A stretch of 64,000 nucleotides of DNA from Pyrinomonadaceae bacterium (GCA_044867025.1 JBIOUJ010000262.1:717-64716); one strand, 5' to 3'; counted from the stretch's first letter, positions 17,701 to 25,684 are shown. Numbers and translations: made by a program. Notes: generated by a model from the sequence alone, not told the origin.

Positions 17701-18344
17701 AACGATTTGCTCATTTCAACACCTACTTCTATCGCCGCGTCTATAGCGGAGAGGATTACCCGTCCGACTATGGCAACCAATTCGTGTTCCTCGAACGTTC
17801 TGAAGATCGCATTCTATTCCTGGGTCTCAACTCAAGTTGGCAACTGGACCATCACTTCCGAACTAGAGCAAGTATTCACATGCCTGCGCTCGTCCAAGCG
17901 TTGGACCGCTTACATGATCGCACTTTCGACGGCTGGCTGAAAATTGCTGTGTGGCATCACCCTGTCATCGGCAAAGAGATGATGAATGACGAGTTCATGC
18001 AAATACTCGCAGTCCATGGCTTCCAGATCTGCATGCATGGACACATCCACGAAGCCGTCGAAGGTTTTTATCACTACGACAATCGCCGCAACATCCATAT
18101 CATCGGCGCCGGTACGTTTGGAGCCCCAGCCCACGAACAGGTCACTGGGATTCCGCTGCAATACAATTTGCTGACCTTCGATCCCGAGACAGGCGAAATG
18201 ACCATCAACACACGTAAGAAGGAAAAGCCACATGGCGCATGGTCAGCTGATGCTCGCTGGGGTGATAAGAACGATCCGAAAGCGTGGTACCGCTTCACTG
18301 TGCCAAAATACGTCGGCGACAGGAAGCAGAACCGTCCGGTGTGA
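14730..18344 (+). CDS. WD40 (7 blades) / Roc small GTPase / COR-like / zinc ribbon / calcineurin-like metallophosphoesterase fusion protein (ROCO-type)
   Basis: This is track ORF 14709-18344, and the first ATG is at 14730 (MPKKKKES). All residue numbers here are track-ORF numbering (subtract 7 for numbering from the ATG at 14730).
- WD blades: VRLWD, VSLWD, VLLWE, VKLWD, VRIWD, VIFWP, IDIWE (aa ~35-330, nt ~14811-15698).
- GTPase motifs: G1 GESSVGKSG, G3 DLAGQPEY, G4-like SARCD, G5 TSAKTG (nt ~15726-16253).
- COR-like region: aa ~516-780.
- Zinc ribbon: CPKC...CQFC (nt ~17058-17150).
- Metallophosphoesterase motifs: LSDLH, SGDIANRS, VPGNHD, VWHHP, MHGHIHE (nt ~17310-18218). Confidence 0.85.
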   Translation: MPKKKKESQQQQNVQTASSPDPPLQLRHTLRGHRRNVYRMALSPDGETLASSSNDNTVRLWDLETGRLLKTLDHESTVVCVCWSPDSKTLATGGRRHNKRVSLWDVVTGKYIRILEGHDEIVNDVAWSPDGNILASCSRDQTVLLWEAASGFPRKLKGHSGDVFSVVWSPDSKRLCSGSWDHTVKLWDAVGGKEIRTLKGHKQDVNTVAWSPNGHYIASGSDDHTVRIWDAETGQQQYVLEGHTARVVSVSFLDSGRLLCSLAMNGAVIFWPTDTWAQVARTTLKGNNYWMCNLACLPALTSIAAVSENLNEIDIWELNLSILRGAEQATPTVFYVNAKAVLLGESSVGKSGLGIRIAEGEFRRTESTHGAQFWHFPTERLPALPPNVQAELTLWDLAGQPEYRLTHQLFLDDTDAALLLFDCADPNDPFRGVPYWAKVLKKHAPPHAKKFLISARCDVSPVTVDRLTINRTLAMHTLDEYFKTSAKTGEGVEPLFHRLMNEIPWDKLPRTSTPRLFQVVREYLLERKQGDANLMSMEEVHQAVAARFTERRAMQEELDTVVQLLQSRGLVFRLDPRPSVTLVLLKPERINQYGGSIIQAARNHPDGIGAVVERDVLTGNIAFTGFERLRQDEEALVLEGTVELLIRHDLGFREMGYLVFPSQINVTRRSPDEAHPRTEVAYRFSGGIETIYASLVVRLSYTDYFRREDQWKHAVEFSRGGNRLGFSMRQVEEGTGELEIYFQPGVSAFDRVTFIRFVTDHLRTKGIDIHEQIRLYCPKCSKEVTNREAIEARVRDGKLDIPCQFCDTAVVIPTSVEEIYRRDPSLGKKQKQLAETVEQRTELEVKQFRADQQQYTATEDHRIHMLHLSDLHCENGTFAGVWRTQLESDLIQELGVRRLKYLIISGDIANRSTEKEYDAAFSMVDGLVKRFGLDASRVVIVPGNHDLNWDLSEEAYRFVAKRKLPTPLPEDRCISAGDAGALLRDDTLYRERFAHFNTYFYRRVYSGEDYPSDYGNQFVFLERSEDRILFLGLNSSWQLDHHFRTRASIHMPALVQALDRLHDRTFDGWLKIAVWHHPVIGKEMMNDEFMQILAVHGFQICMHGHIHEAVEGFYHYDNRRNIHIIGAGTFGAPAHEQVTGIPLQYNLLTFDPETGEMTINTRKKEKPHGAWSADARWGDKNDPKAWYRFTVPKYVGDRKQNRPV

Positions 18345-18458
18345 CGCGCTTCAAAGCATCGAGGCGATGGGTCGCCAACGTTGCGAAAGCAAACGAAGTG
18401 GGTCAGAACATCATTTGTTGTTCTCGGCGTTCTAGAACTTATATATAATCCGTTGCAT

Positions 18459-18734
18459 ATGACACTATTCGATTTACTGATCCTGCTGCTGGTTGCGGGA
18501 ATTTGTGGAGCACTTGGACAGGCAATCACGGGTTTTTCGCGCGGTGGCTGCCTGGTGTCGATCGCGCTGGGTTTTGTCGGTGCGGTAGTGGGCATGTGGT
18601 TATCGCGAGCGTTGGGCCTGCCGGAGCTCTTTGCGATTCAAATTGGCGCCACTAACTTTCCCATAGTGTGGTCCATTATCGGCTCCGCGCTGTTTGTCGC
18701 TGTGATCGCGTTGTTAACAAGGCGTTATTATTAA
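18459..18734 (+). CDS. GlsB/YeaQ/YmgE-family small membrane stress protein
   Basis: The in-frame ATG at 18459 gives MTLFDLLILLLVAGICGALGQAITGFSRGGCLVSIALGFVGAVVGMWL..., which is the typical transglycosylase-associated (GlsB/YeaQ) pattern. Confidence 0.75.
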   Translation: MTLFDLLILLLVAGICGALGQAITGFSRGGCLVSIALGFVGAVVGMWLSRALGLPELFAIQIGATNFPIVWSIIGSALFVAVIALLTRRYY

Positions 18735-18749
18735 GCTCACCACATTCCG

Positions 18750-19358
18750 GTGGATCAACATCAACCCTCAATCTTGTCTCGGATCTACAAGCGTCTCTCG
18801 CGCTACTTCGTAGACAAAGAAGTATTCGACGCGGCAGAAACACTCGAGCAGTATGGGTTTCCGAGAAAGTCAGCCATCAAAGAGATCGCTGCGATTGTGT
18901 TGTTCCTCGCGATCGTGTCGCTTGTGATCTGGCTCGTTGGTGTCGAACGTGTCGCCTGGACTCAAGCTTTCAGTGCGATTTTGTCTTTAGGAGTTGCGAT
19001 CATCGCTTACCGCCAGTGGCGCGCGGCGCGACAGGAAATATCGATCGACAAGTACTACGATCGGCTGGAGGTCGCCAATAAGAGACTGGAAGCGCTGGAC
19101 ACAGACAAACCGACCGCCGACGACATGCACGTGTTTGCGGAGTTAGACAAGCTCGAGTACGTAATCGCAAAGTACGAGTATGGGTACATGTCGCCAGTTC
19201 TTGCTTTGCGCGCTCTCAATAACTTTAAAGGAATCTGTATGGACCGCAGAGGTTTCAGAGGAAGAGCCTCAGAGTGGGTTAACAAAGCATCGTATCGTCC
19301 AATAACGAGACTAATCGTAAACAAGGTCTGCGAGCATTGTACGCCCGCAGATTCTTAA
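18750..19358 (+). CDS. Hypothetical membrane protein (two predicted TM helices)
   Basis: 202 aa. The hydrophobic segments are IAAIVLFLAIVSLVIWLVGV and AFSAILSLGVAIIAY. I recognise no motif. Confidence 0.5.
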   Translation: MDQHQPSILSRIYKRLSRYFVDKEVFDAAETLEQYGFPRKSAIKEIAAIVLFLAIVSLVIWLVGVERVAWTQAFSAILSLGVAIIAYRQWRAARQEISIDKYYDRLEVANKRLEALDTDKPTADDMHVFAELDKLEYVIAKYEYGYMSPVLALRALNNFKGICMDRRGFRGRASEWVNKASYRPITRLIVNKVCEHCTPADS

Positions 19359-19410
19359 AGCGGTTTGCCCTGAAGGGATTTACTGGTACTTTAGCACCGT
19401 CGTGCAACCG

Positions 19411-20136
19411 ATGAGGTTTACAAATAAAGTATGCATGGTTACAGGCGGCGCGTCCGGAATCGGACGCGCAACGTGCGAGAGGTTTGCTGCTGAAGGTGGT
19501 ATTGCAGTTGTCGTCGACATTAATGAAGACGGCGGTAATCAAACTGCAAACACGATCAAGGAGACTGGCGGCCGCGCAATCTTCGTCAAAGCTGACGTCT
19601 CCGTTTCTGCGGACGTTCAAGCAGCAGTAACGAGAGCTGTGAATGAATTTGCAAGAATCGACGTCTTAGTCAACAACGCCGCTACACAGACATTCAAACC
19701 AGTCGTCGATCTCGAAGAGGACGAGTGGGATCGAGTCATCGGCGTAAACCTTCGCTCCGTCTTTCTGTTTTGCAAATACTGCTTACCTCACATGGAGAAT
19801 GGAGTGATAGTGAACGTGAGCTCGGTTCATGCTCATGAAGCCGGGACTAACGTCGCGCCTTATGCAAGCTCTAAGGGTGGGATCGAAGCGTTCACACGAG
19901 CACTGAGCCGCGAATATAAACCGTCTAATATCCGGGTGAACTGTGTTGCTCCAGGTGGTGTAAACACGCCCATGCTCTGGTCTAATCCAGTGCTCAAAGG
20001 AATGAAGCGTGAAGACGTCTTATATTCCGAGCCCGAGCAAATTGCTGCGGTGATCTGTTTCCTCGCGTCACCAGAAGCAAGTCCGATCAACGGCGCCACA
20101 GTAGTCGCAGACCTGGGCCTACTCGCAGCTCTGTAA
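19411..20136 (+). CDS. SDR-family oxidoreductase
   Basis: VTGGASGIGRA (TGxxxGxG), NNAA, and the catalytic YASSK (YxxxK). The ATG at 19411 lies within track ORF 19402-20136. Confidence 0.85.
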   Translation: MRFTNKVCMVTGGASGIGRATCERFAAEGGIAVVVDINEDGGNQTANTIKETGGRAIFVKADVSVSADVQAAVTRAVNEFARIDVLVNNAATQTFKPVVDLEEDEWDRVIGVNLRSVFLFCKYCLPHMENGVIVNVSSVHAHEAGTNVAPYASSKGGIEAFTRALSREYKPSNIRVNCVAPGGVNTPMLWSNPVLKGMKREDVLYSEPEQIAAVICFLASPEASPINGATVVADLGLLAAL

Positions 20137-21465
20137 TTATTCTCTCCGTTTCGTCCGGCTCCGAGTTGCTGCGACGTCTACCTGCCGTGCCGCTTCGTCG
20201 ATCTTATCGATGTTGACCTTCTCTTCAACCGCACGATGATCGCGACGCTGGATACGCCACAGTTGTTGTTGGTGAGCGAGTTCACCTGCAAGCGGTTCGT
20301 AAATCTCACGGCGTCCCTCGTCGTCAGCGTAGCCCCATAATCCGCTGTAGCAGTGACGATCGTCACCCCAGCCTGGATAGTCGATGATCGGATAGAGACA
20401 CAACCCTTCCAACTGCACGCCGGCCGCCGCAGCAGCGCGTGCTTCCTGACCGATGTAGCGCAGCCACGATGGACGAGCGTCGCCCTCAATACCTGTTTCG
20501 GCGATGAAGACCGGACGGCGATAACGCTCGTACACCTCGCTCAGCATCTCGCGAACGGGCCGGTGCAGAGGGTGCGACGGCGGAAGCAGCACATCCTTAC
20601 GACGACGCGATGGCGGCGTGTTTGGGTCTTGATGGATCCACTGATTGTTTGAGTAGTAGTTGACGCCAATGACGTCGAGGTATTCCGGGCGCCCGCCAAG
20701 CTCCGGACAGAACCTGCCGGAGATCATGTCCCACGCCTGGAACTGCGACTGCCGGTACGCTTCAGCAGCGGGCGCTTCCTCCGGGTAATCCGGATCGATA
20801 GCGATGTGAATGATAGGCTCAGCGTGAAAGATGCGTGCGCTGGGATCGACTTCGAGCACGGCCTGCGTCGCCGCGATCGCCGCGCGCACGAGTTGCGCCT
20901 TGAGCTCTGGACCACGTCCCTTGGCGAACGGGTTCAAGAAGCCCGCATCGCCGCCACCCCACGACACGAACGACATCTCGTTAACGGGCGTGACATAGAT
21001 TGGCCCGCCTGTCTCTTCGAGGATGACGCGTGCGGTGGCACGTGCAAAGCGCTCGAAGCGATCGACGAAGGCTGCACCCCAGATGTTTAGACCGTCTGGC
21101 CAACCGTAGTGATGTAAATCCCAAATGATCTCTGTCTGCGTGCGGCGCGCCGCCTGAAGCATTGGCACCAGGCTGGAAAAATCGTAGCGAAATGGTGTCT
21201 TCTCGATCAGGTGCCAGCGCACGCCGTCGCGGGCCGTGCGGATCCCGGCATCCTGGAGACGCGTGTAATCCTGTAACGCCAATTCGTCGTGTCGTGTGGA
21301 TGCGATGAGGTCGAGGCGTTGCCCGGCAAAGCGACCAAGCGCTTTACGGCGGGGCAGCCGGTGTGTCGAACACTCAAAACCGCCCATCCAAAAGCTCTGA
21401 AAGATCGAACTGTCTGCTTGATTGCGTGAATTATCCGTTTCAACAAACGTGCTGCTCATAGCCAT
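20137..21465 (-). CDS. Clan GH-A (GH1-like) TIM-barrel glycoside hydrolase
   Basis: FWMGGFECSTH at the N-terminus, an acid/base-type VNEMS motif, and a nucleophile-type IAETG motif. The ATG is at 21465 (the track start at 21474 is a GTG). Confidence 0.6.
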   Translation of the reverse strand: MAMSSTFVETDNSRNQADSSIFQSFWMGGFECSTHRLPRRKALGRFAGQRLDLIASTRHDELALQDYTRLQDAGIRTARDGVRWHLIEKTPFRYDFSSLVPMLQAARRTQTEIIWDLHHYGWPDGLNIWGAAFVDRFERFARATARVILEETGGPIYVTPVNEMSFVSWGGGDAGFLNPFAKGRGPELKAQLVRAAIAATQAVLEVDPSARIFHAEPIIHIAIDPDYPEEAPAAEAYRQSQFQAWDMISGRFCPELGGRPEYLDVIGVNYYSNNQWIHQDPNTPPSRRRKDVLLPPSHPLHRPVREMLSEVYERYRRPVFIAETGIEGDARPSWLRYIGQEARAAAAAGVQLEGLCLYPIIDYPGWGDDRHCYSGLWGYADDEGRREIYEPLAGELAHQQQLWRIQRRDHRAVEEKVNIDKIDEAARQVDVAATRSRTKRRE

Positions 21466-21506
21466 AATGTACACAAAGAATCACAAAGAACTTTTTCAAT
21501 GAACTA

Positions 21507-22307
21507 TCAAAAGTATGCGCCGATGTAGCTCGCCGTCGCCAACAACACATGACCGAAAACATGCGCGATCATCGCTGCTTCCAAGCCGTACTTCCAATAC
21601 AGATAACCTGTGACGACACCGAAAGCAGAGTTGGCAACGATTACAAAAATAATCACTGGGGCGGTAAGCTCGGGCAGTAACACCAGCGCGGCAGGAAGAT
21701 GGCCCACGCCAAACATGAAGGCGGAAAGCAATATCGCCAGGACGAAACAGATCGTTGTCGGTTTGGTGGCTCGTCTTTGTAGAACACGCCATGCGACCCA
21801 GACGAGCAAGGTCATGAGCCCCCACCGAATCAGAAGCTCTTCGGTGATGCCTCCGTACAGAAGGCGCATCGGAATCGGAAAAAGTCCCTGCAATTTGTGA
21901 ATGCGCTCTGTGGTCTCCTTCATCAAGAACGGCATGACCACTGCTGAAGTCAAAACCACACAAAACGTTCCAACAATTCCGCCTATTAGACCAGGCAAGA
22001 CTTGTGGCCTTAAAGCGGGAAAGCATCTTCCTCCACCAGCCGCAAGACACTCTGCGAAAGGCGCGGATAATCCGACTTTTGGAGATAGCGCGATCCCGAT
22101 TAGTACCGCAGCCAGCAGTATGACCGCCGGTTGAATTAAACCGAGGATCTTGATCAGCGGCGTGATAGTTGGAACTTCTGTTTGGGCGGGAAGAAGCGCT
22201 ATTAATTTGGACAGGTCAATTAGCAGCAAAGACACGACGCCTGCCATGCCTGACAAAAACAGAATCCAGAAGAGTCGTGTCTTCACGTAAAGCGTATCCT
22301 GCCACAA
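21507..22307 (-). CDS. CPBP-family intramembrane glutamic endopeptidase (CAAX protease-like)
   Basis: A multi-TM protein with ITEELLIRWG (EExxxR), SAFMFGVGH (FxxxH) and the AHVFGHVL motif. The start codon is uncertain (TTG at 22307). Confidence 0.75.
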   Translation of the reverse strand: MWQDTLYVKTRLFWILFLSGMAGVVSLLLIDLSKLIALLPAQTEVPTITPLIKILGLIQPAVILLAAVLIGIALSPKVGLSAPFAECLAAGGGRCFPALRPQVLPGLIGGIVGTFCVVLTSAVVMPFLMKETTERIHKLQGLFPIPMRLLYGGITEELLIRWGLMTLLVWVAWRVLQRRATKPTTICFVLAILLSAFMFGVGHLPAALVLLPELTAPVIIFVIVANSAFGVVTGYLYWKYGLEAAMIAHVFGHVLLATASYIGAYF

Positions 22308-22339
22308 AACGGCACAAAATGAATAAAAGATTAGTCAAG

Positions 22340-22441
22340 CTACTCACCGTTTGAGTCAATGCCGTAGCGCTCGATCATGCGGTAGAGCGTACGCCGATCG
22401 ACGCACTGGCCGGGGAGCGCAAGACCCAGACAGAAGGGTCG
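22340..22441 (-). pseudogene. Remnant of the C-terminal Fis-type HTH of an NtrC-family (sigma54-dependent) regulator
   Basis: The minus-strand translation reads RPFCLGLALPGQCVDRRTLYRMIERYGIDSNGE-stop. The block RRTLYRMIERYGI matches the (S)RxTLYRK(L/M)xxYGI C-terminal HTH signature. An in-frame stop lies immediately upstream, and no AAA+ domain is present. Confidence 0.4.
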
Positions 22442-22733
22442 TTAATGCAAATGATGACATTCCATCAATCAACACAATCTGCCGGCAGATAAGCCTCACG
22501 CTCCCCAAAAAATCTCGTCGTTGGCACCACCGCAAATAGCTGATAAAAGCGACAACAAACTGAAAGAACTAAGTGCGGCGGCGCGCTAGTATTTCGGAGT
22601 GTAGTCAAGATGTTCTTCTTCAATTAGACACAGGGTGCTATTCGAGCGAGAGGGGGTACTTCCCTGTGTTTTGAATGTGGGTGGTCCACAAAAACGGGCT
22701 CACAGGCGGGTCCACCCACATACTCCTTTTCAA

Positions 22734-22785
22734 GCCACAAAAAAGCACAAAAGTTTTTTCTGATCGTTTTGTGCCTTTTTGTGGC
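22734..22785. repeat. Repeat family E hairpin (inverted pair) downstream of the AraC gene
   Basis: gccacaaaaaagcacaaaag (22734-22753) and ttttgtgcctttttgtggc (22767-22785). No clear U-tract is present on either strand. Confidence 0.7.
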
Positions 22786-22798
22786 CTCGACTCCAGCT

Positions 22799-23740
22799 TC
22801 ACAGCGCCGCTCTGAAAGCTTTCGGCGTCGCTCCCGCCAGCCTGCGGAACGCCGTCGTGAAGTGACTCTGACTGGAAAATCCGGAGCGCAGGGCAATCTC
22901 TGAGATTGGCAATTCCGTCTCCTCCAGCATCTTCTTCGCACGTTCGATCCGGCGTTCCGCTATGTAGTTGGTCGCAGTCATTCCCATCGATTGCTTGAAT
23001 GCGCGCGAGAAGTGGAAGTAACTCATACGCACGGCGCGCGCGACAACGCGAAGGGCCACGCGTCCTTCCTCTTCATCAGAAAGACAATGATCTATTAACG
23101 CGATCGCCTGTCGTAATTTGTGTGGCGCCATTCCGCCGTGTCCGACATGGACATCTTTTAAGGCGCTGTAGCGTCTGACGAGTTGAATTGCGAGTCCGGT
23201 CGCAAGCGAGTCCGCGTACAGTCGCCCAACCACATTCGCTTCGTTCAATTCATGCAGAAGCGACATCGCGATGTGGGAAATGTGCTTGTCTCTGAAACCG
23301 ATCTGCGGTGTTAGACCAAGCTCGTTGTTGAAGAAGTTCAACGCGCGCGCCGTGGAACGTACAAATAGTGGCCGCAGATAGAGGAGCAACATCGCCGGCA
23401 GATCCGAACCCTCAGAACGGCAGGCCCACGATGAGCCGGTTGGAATGATTGCCAGTTCTCCGGAGCGCACCTGTCCCTCAAACCTTCGCTTGCCCGGACA
23501 GACGTATGTGAAAAATGGAATGCCGAGGTTTAGGACCACGCAGTAATCGTCAGAGGCGGGCATTATCACTTCTTTCGTACTGTGGCGAACGTGTATCGCG
23601 CGCACATTTTGCCAGCCCGTGGCGTCACTCGATTTCACCACTGATTGATCGTTGATAGATCGCTTCTCGAACTGTTTTGGTGGCGTTACACATCTGACCG
23701 CCAACGGTTGAATACTCGAAGTAGTAGCAGTTTGTAACAT
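22799..23740 (-). CDS. AraC-family transcriptional regulator
   Basis: The C-terminal double HTH reads AVRMSYFHFSRAFKQSMGMTATNYI...ISEIALRSGFSSQSHFTTAFRRLAGATPKAFR. Confidence 0.85.
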   Translation of the reverse strand: MLQTATTSSIQPLAVRCVTPPKQFEKRSINDQSVVKSSDATGWQNVRAIHVRHSTKEVIMPASDDYCVVLNLGIPFFTYVCPGKRRFEGQVRSGELAIIPTGSSWACRSEGSDLPAMLLLYLRPLFVRSTARALNFFNNELGLTPQIGFRDKHISHIAMSLLHELNEANVVGRLYADSLATGLAIQLVRRYSALKDVHVGHGGMAPHKLRQAIALIDHCLSDEEEGRVALRVVARAVRMSYFHFSRAFKQSMGMTATNYIAERRIERAKKMLEETELPISEIALRSGFSSQSHFTTAFRRLAGATPKAFRAAL

Positions 23741-23752
23741 TGCCTTTCCCCT

Positions 23753-24118
23753 TTAGGTTTTATCAAGACAGGCCGTAATTGCGCCGAGCAGAGAATCCTC
23801 GCTAAATGGTTTCTGTAAGAAGTCGATCGCTCCTGCTCGCAGGCCCCGAGCTCGCGCTTCTCGATCGTCATGGGCGGAAATAAAAACAATTGGGATTGAG
23901 GCGCGAGCCGCGTTCAGACGCTCTTGAAGTTCGAGCCCGCTCATTCCCTGCATTCGGACGTCGGCAATAAGGCAGTCCGTTTCGTAGACGAACGGCGACT
24001 TCAGAAACTCCTCGCCGGACCCAAAAACCTCAGCGTGAAATCCCACCGAGTCGATCAGACTCTTCAGCGCCTCCCGCACTGATTCGTCGTCGTCAACAAT
24101 CGAGATCGTAGTGTTCAT
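23753..24118 (-). CDS. Stand-alone response-regulator receiver domain
   Basis: 121 aa. ISIVDDDESVREAL, the phospho-acceptor context LIADVRMQGMSG, and the conserved K in LQKPF. It lies 13 nt upstream of the AraC gene, so the two are a likely operon. Confidence 0.85.
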   Translation of the reverse strand: MNTTISIVDDDESVREALKSLIDSVGFHAEVFGSGEEFLKSPFVYETDCLIADVRMQGMSGLELQERLNAARASIPIVFISAHDDREARARGLRAGAIDFLQKPFSEDSLLGAITACLDKT

Positions 24119-24175
24119 TACGAGAGGAGCTTACGCGGGCGTGAGGCGGAAAAACTATTATACGGAGGTATTTCT

Positions 24176-24197
24176 GACCTATACCTTGGTATAGGTC
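24176..24197. promoter_or_regulatory. Perfect 22-bp palindrome, a candidate operator
   Basis: GACCTATACC-TT-GGTATAGGTC, about 60 nt upstream of the receiver gene start (24118, minus strand). Confidence 0.3.
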
Positions 24198-24217
24198 GAG
24201 GCTTTGCACAAAAGTCG

Positions 24218-24299
24218 CCTGCGGTTCTCTGCGTATCTCTGCGTTTGAAGGGCCTTTTTTACGCAGAGGTCGCAGAGATACGCAGAGGACCGCAGAGAA
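24218..24299. repeat. Repeat family D (CTCTGCG units), an imperfect hairpin copy
   Basis: cctgcggttctctgcgtatctctgcgt ... acgcagaggtcgcagagatacgcagaggaccgcagagaa. It lies between the receiver gene start and the DEAD-box helicase stop. Confidence 0.7.
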
Positions 24300-24351
24300 A
24301 ACTCAATGGCGCAGCGACACCAGGAGTGCGGCGACCATTAAAGCTACTGAA

Positions 24352-25578
24352 TTAGCGCCCGCGAGGTCTGAAAGAACGTACTGCTCCCCTGGACGCCCGC
24401 CCGAAAGGCACGAACGGTTTGCGTGTGTCGGCGACGGCTGCTTGTAAACCACCAAAACCTGCCGGCACGACGCGCTTTACCGCTTGTCCAGTCAGTCGCT
24501 CGATTGCTCTCATCGACAACTCGTCGACAGGCGTGACGATCGTGATCGCCTTACCCTCTCTACCTGCTCTGCCCGTGCGACCTACTCTGTGTACGTAGTC
24601 TTCAGGAACATCAGGTACGTCGAAATTGATTACGTGTGAGACGGAATCAACGTCTAATCCACGCGCTGCTATATCCGTAGCTACCAGCACGCGTGTATGG
24701 CCCTCGCGAAACTGCCGCAAAGCTGCTTCGCGTTGTGGCTGACTTCGGTCCGCGTGAATGCGATTCACTTTATGATTGCGGGCTTTGAGGATGTGTGACA
24801 GGCGTTCGGAGCCGCGTCGAGTACGAGTAAACACCAAGACCTTCGCCAGCGATTCCTTTTCGTTCTCTCGTTCAAGCAAATCAAGCAAAAGCGCTGTCTT
24901 ATTTTCCAGTGAAACTGAATAGGCAGTTTGCTCAACCATCTGCGCCGCACGGCCGCGCTGGCTTACTTCGACCAACTTCGGTTGTCTCATTGTCGAGCGA
25001 GCCAAACTCTCAATGGTTGGAGACATCGTGGCTGAGAACAACAGCGTCTGTCTGTTTCGCGGCAACATTGCGAGGATTCTTTTGATCGCCGGAAGAAAAC
25101 CCATATCCAGCATGCGATCGGCCTCATCCAGGACAAGGACTTCGACACTCGAAAGATCAATGGCGCGACGTTCAGTAAGGTCCAGCAGGCGGCCGGGTGT
25201 AGCAATGACGATCGTTGCCTTGCGGCGCAGCTCGGCGATTTGCGTTCTGATATTGGCGCCACCGATTACGAGAACGCTGCGATTACCTTTCAGATGATTG
25301 AGCTCGCTGTAGTTCTTTTGAATCTGGAGTGCCAGTTCGCGCGTAGGCGCCAGCACAAGGACACGAATGCCCGGGCGCGTTTGTGCGCTCAGGTTGTGAA
25401 TGATGGGGAGGAGAAATGCGGCCGTCTTGCCGGTGCCGGTTTCGGCACAGCCAATTACATCCGCGCCACTCAGAATGAGTGGAATGCCTTTGATTTGTAT
25501 TGGTGTGGGATTTAAGTATCCGAGGGATTCGCAAACGCGCAATTGTGCATCTGCCAATCCTAACTGAGAAAAATTCAT
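24352..25578 (-). CDS. DEAD-box ATP-dependent RNA helicase
   Basis: The ATG at 25578 gives MNFSQLGL. The motifs are AETGTGKTAAF (motif I), PTRELA, DEAD, SAT and HRVGRTGRAG (motif VI). The C-terminal tail is basic. Confidence 0.9.
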   Translation of the reverse strand: MNFSQLGLADAQLRVCESLGYLNPTPIQIKGIPLILSGADVIGCAETGTGKTAAFLLPIIHNLSAQTRPGIRVLVLAPTRELALQIQKNYSELNHLKGNRSVLVIGGANIRTQIAELRRKATIVIATPGRLLDLTERRAIDLSSVEVLVLDEADRMLDMGFLPAIKRILAMLPRNRQTLLFSATMSPTIESLARSTMRQPKLVEVSQRGRAAQMVEQTAYSVSLENKTALLLDLLERENEKESLAKVLVFTRTRRGSERLSHILKARNHKVNRIHADRSQPQREAALRQFREGHTRVLVATDIAARGLDVDSVSHVINFDVPDVPEDYVHRVGRTGRAGREGKAITIVTPVDELSMRAIERLTGQAVKRVVPAGFGGLQAAVADTRKPFVPFGRASRGAVRSFRPRGR

Positions 25579-25684
25579 AGGTTCCTTTGTGTATGCGACA
25601 TTCGTCGCCAAAATAAAAAAGGCAGCATCGATCTCCGCGATCAACAATCAAACGGAGATCGAACGCTGAGTAGAATGCGGCTGG

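Noticed and set aside
18074-18595. A 173-aa minus-strand ORF overlapping the 3' end of the WD40-Roc-phosphoesterase gene and the GlsB-like gene.
   Set aside because: It is antisense to two well-supported genes, has P/S/R-rich composition, and carries no motif.
21496-22050. A 184-aa alternative-frame minus ORF within the CPBP protease gene, and the 148-aa ORF at 37373-37819 overlapping the 174-aa ORF.
   Set aside because: These are overlapping alternative frames with R/C/S-rich sequence. The chosen frames carry the family motifs (CPBP) or the more protein-like composition.
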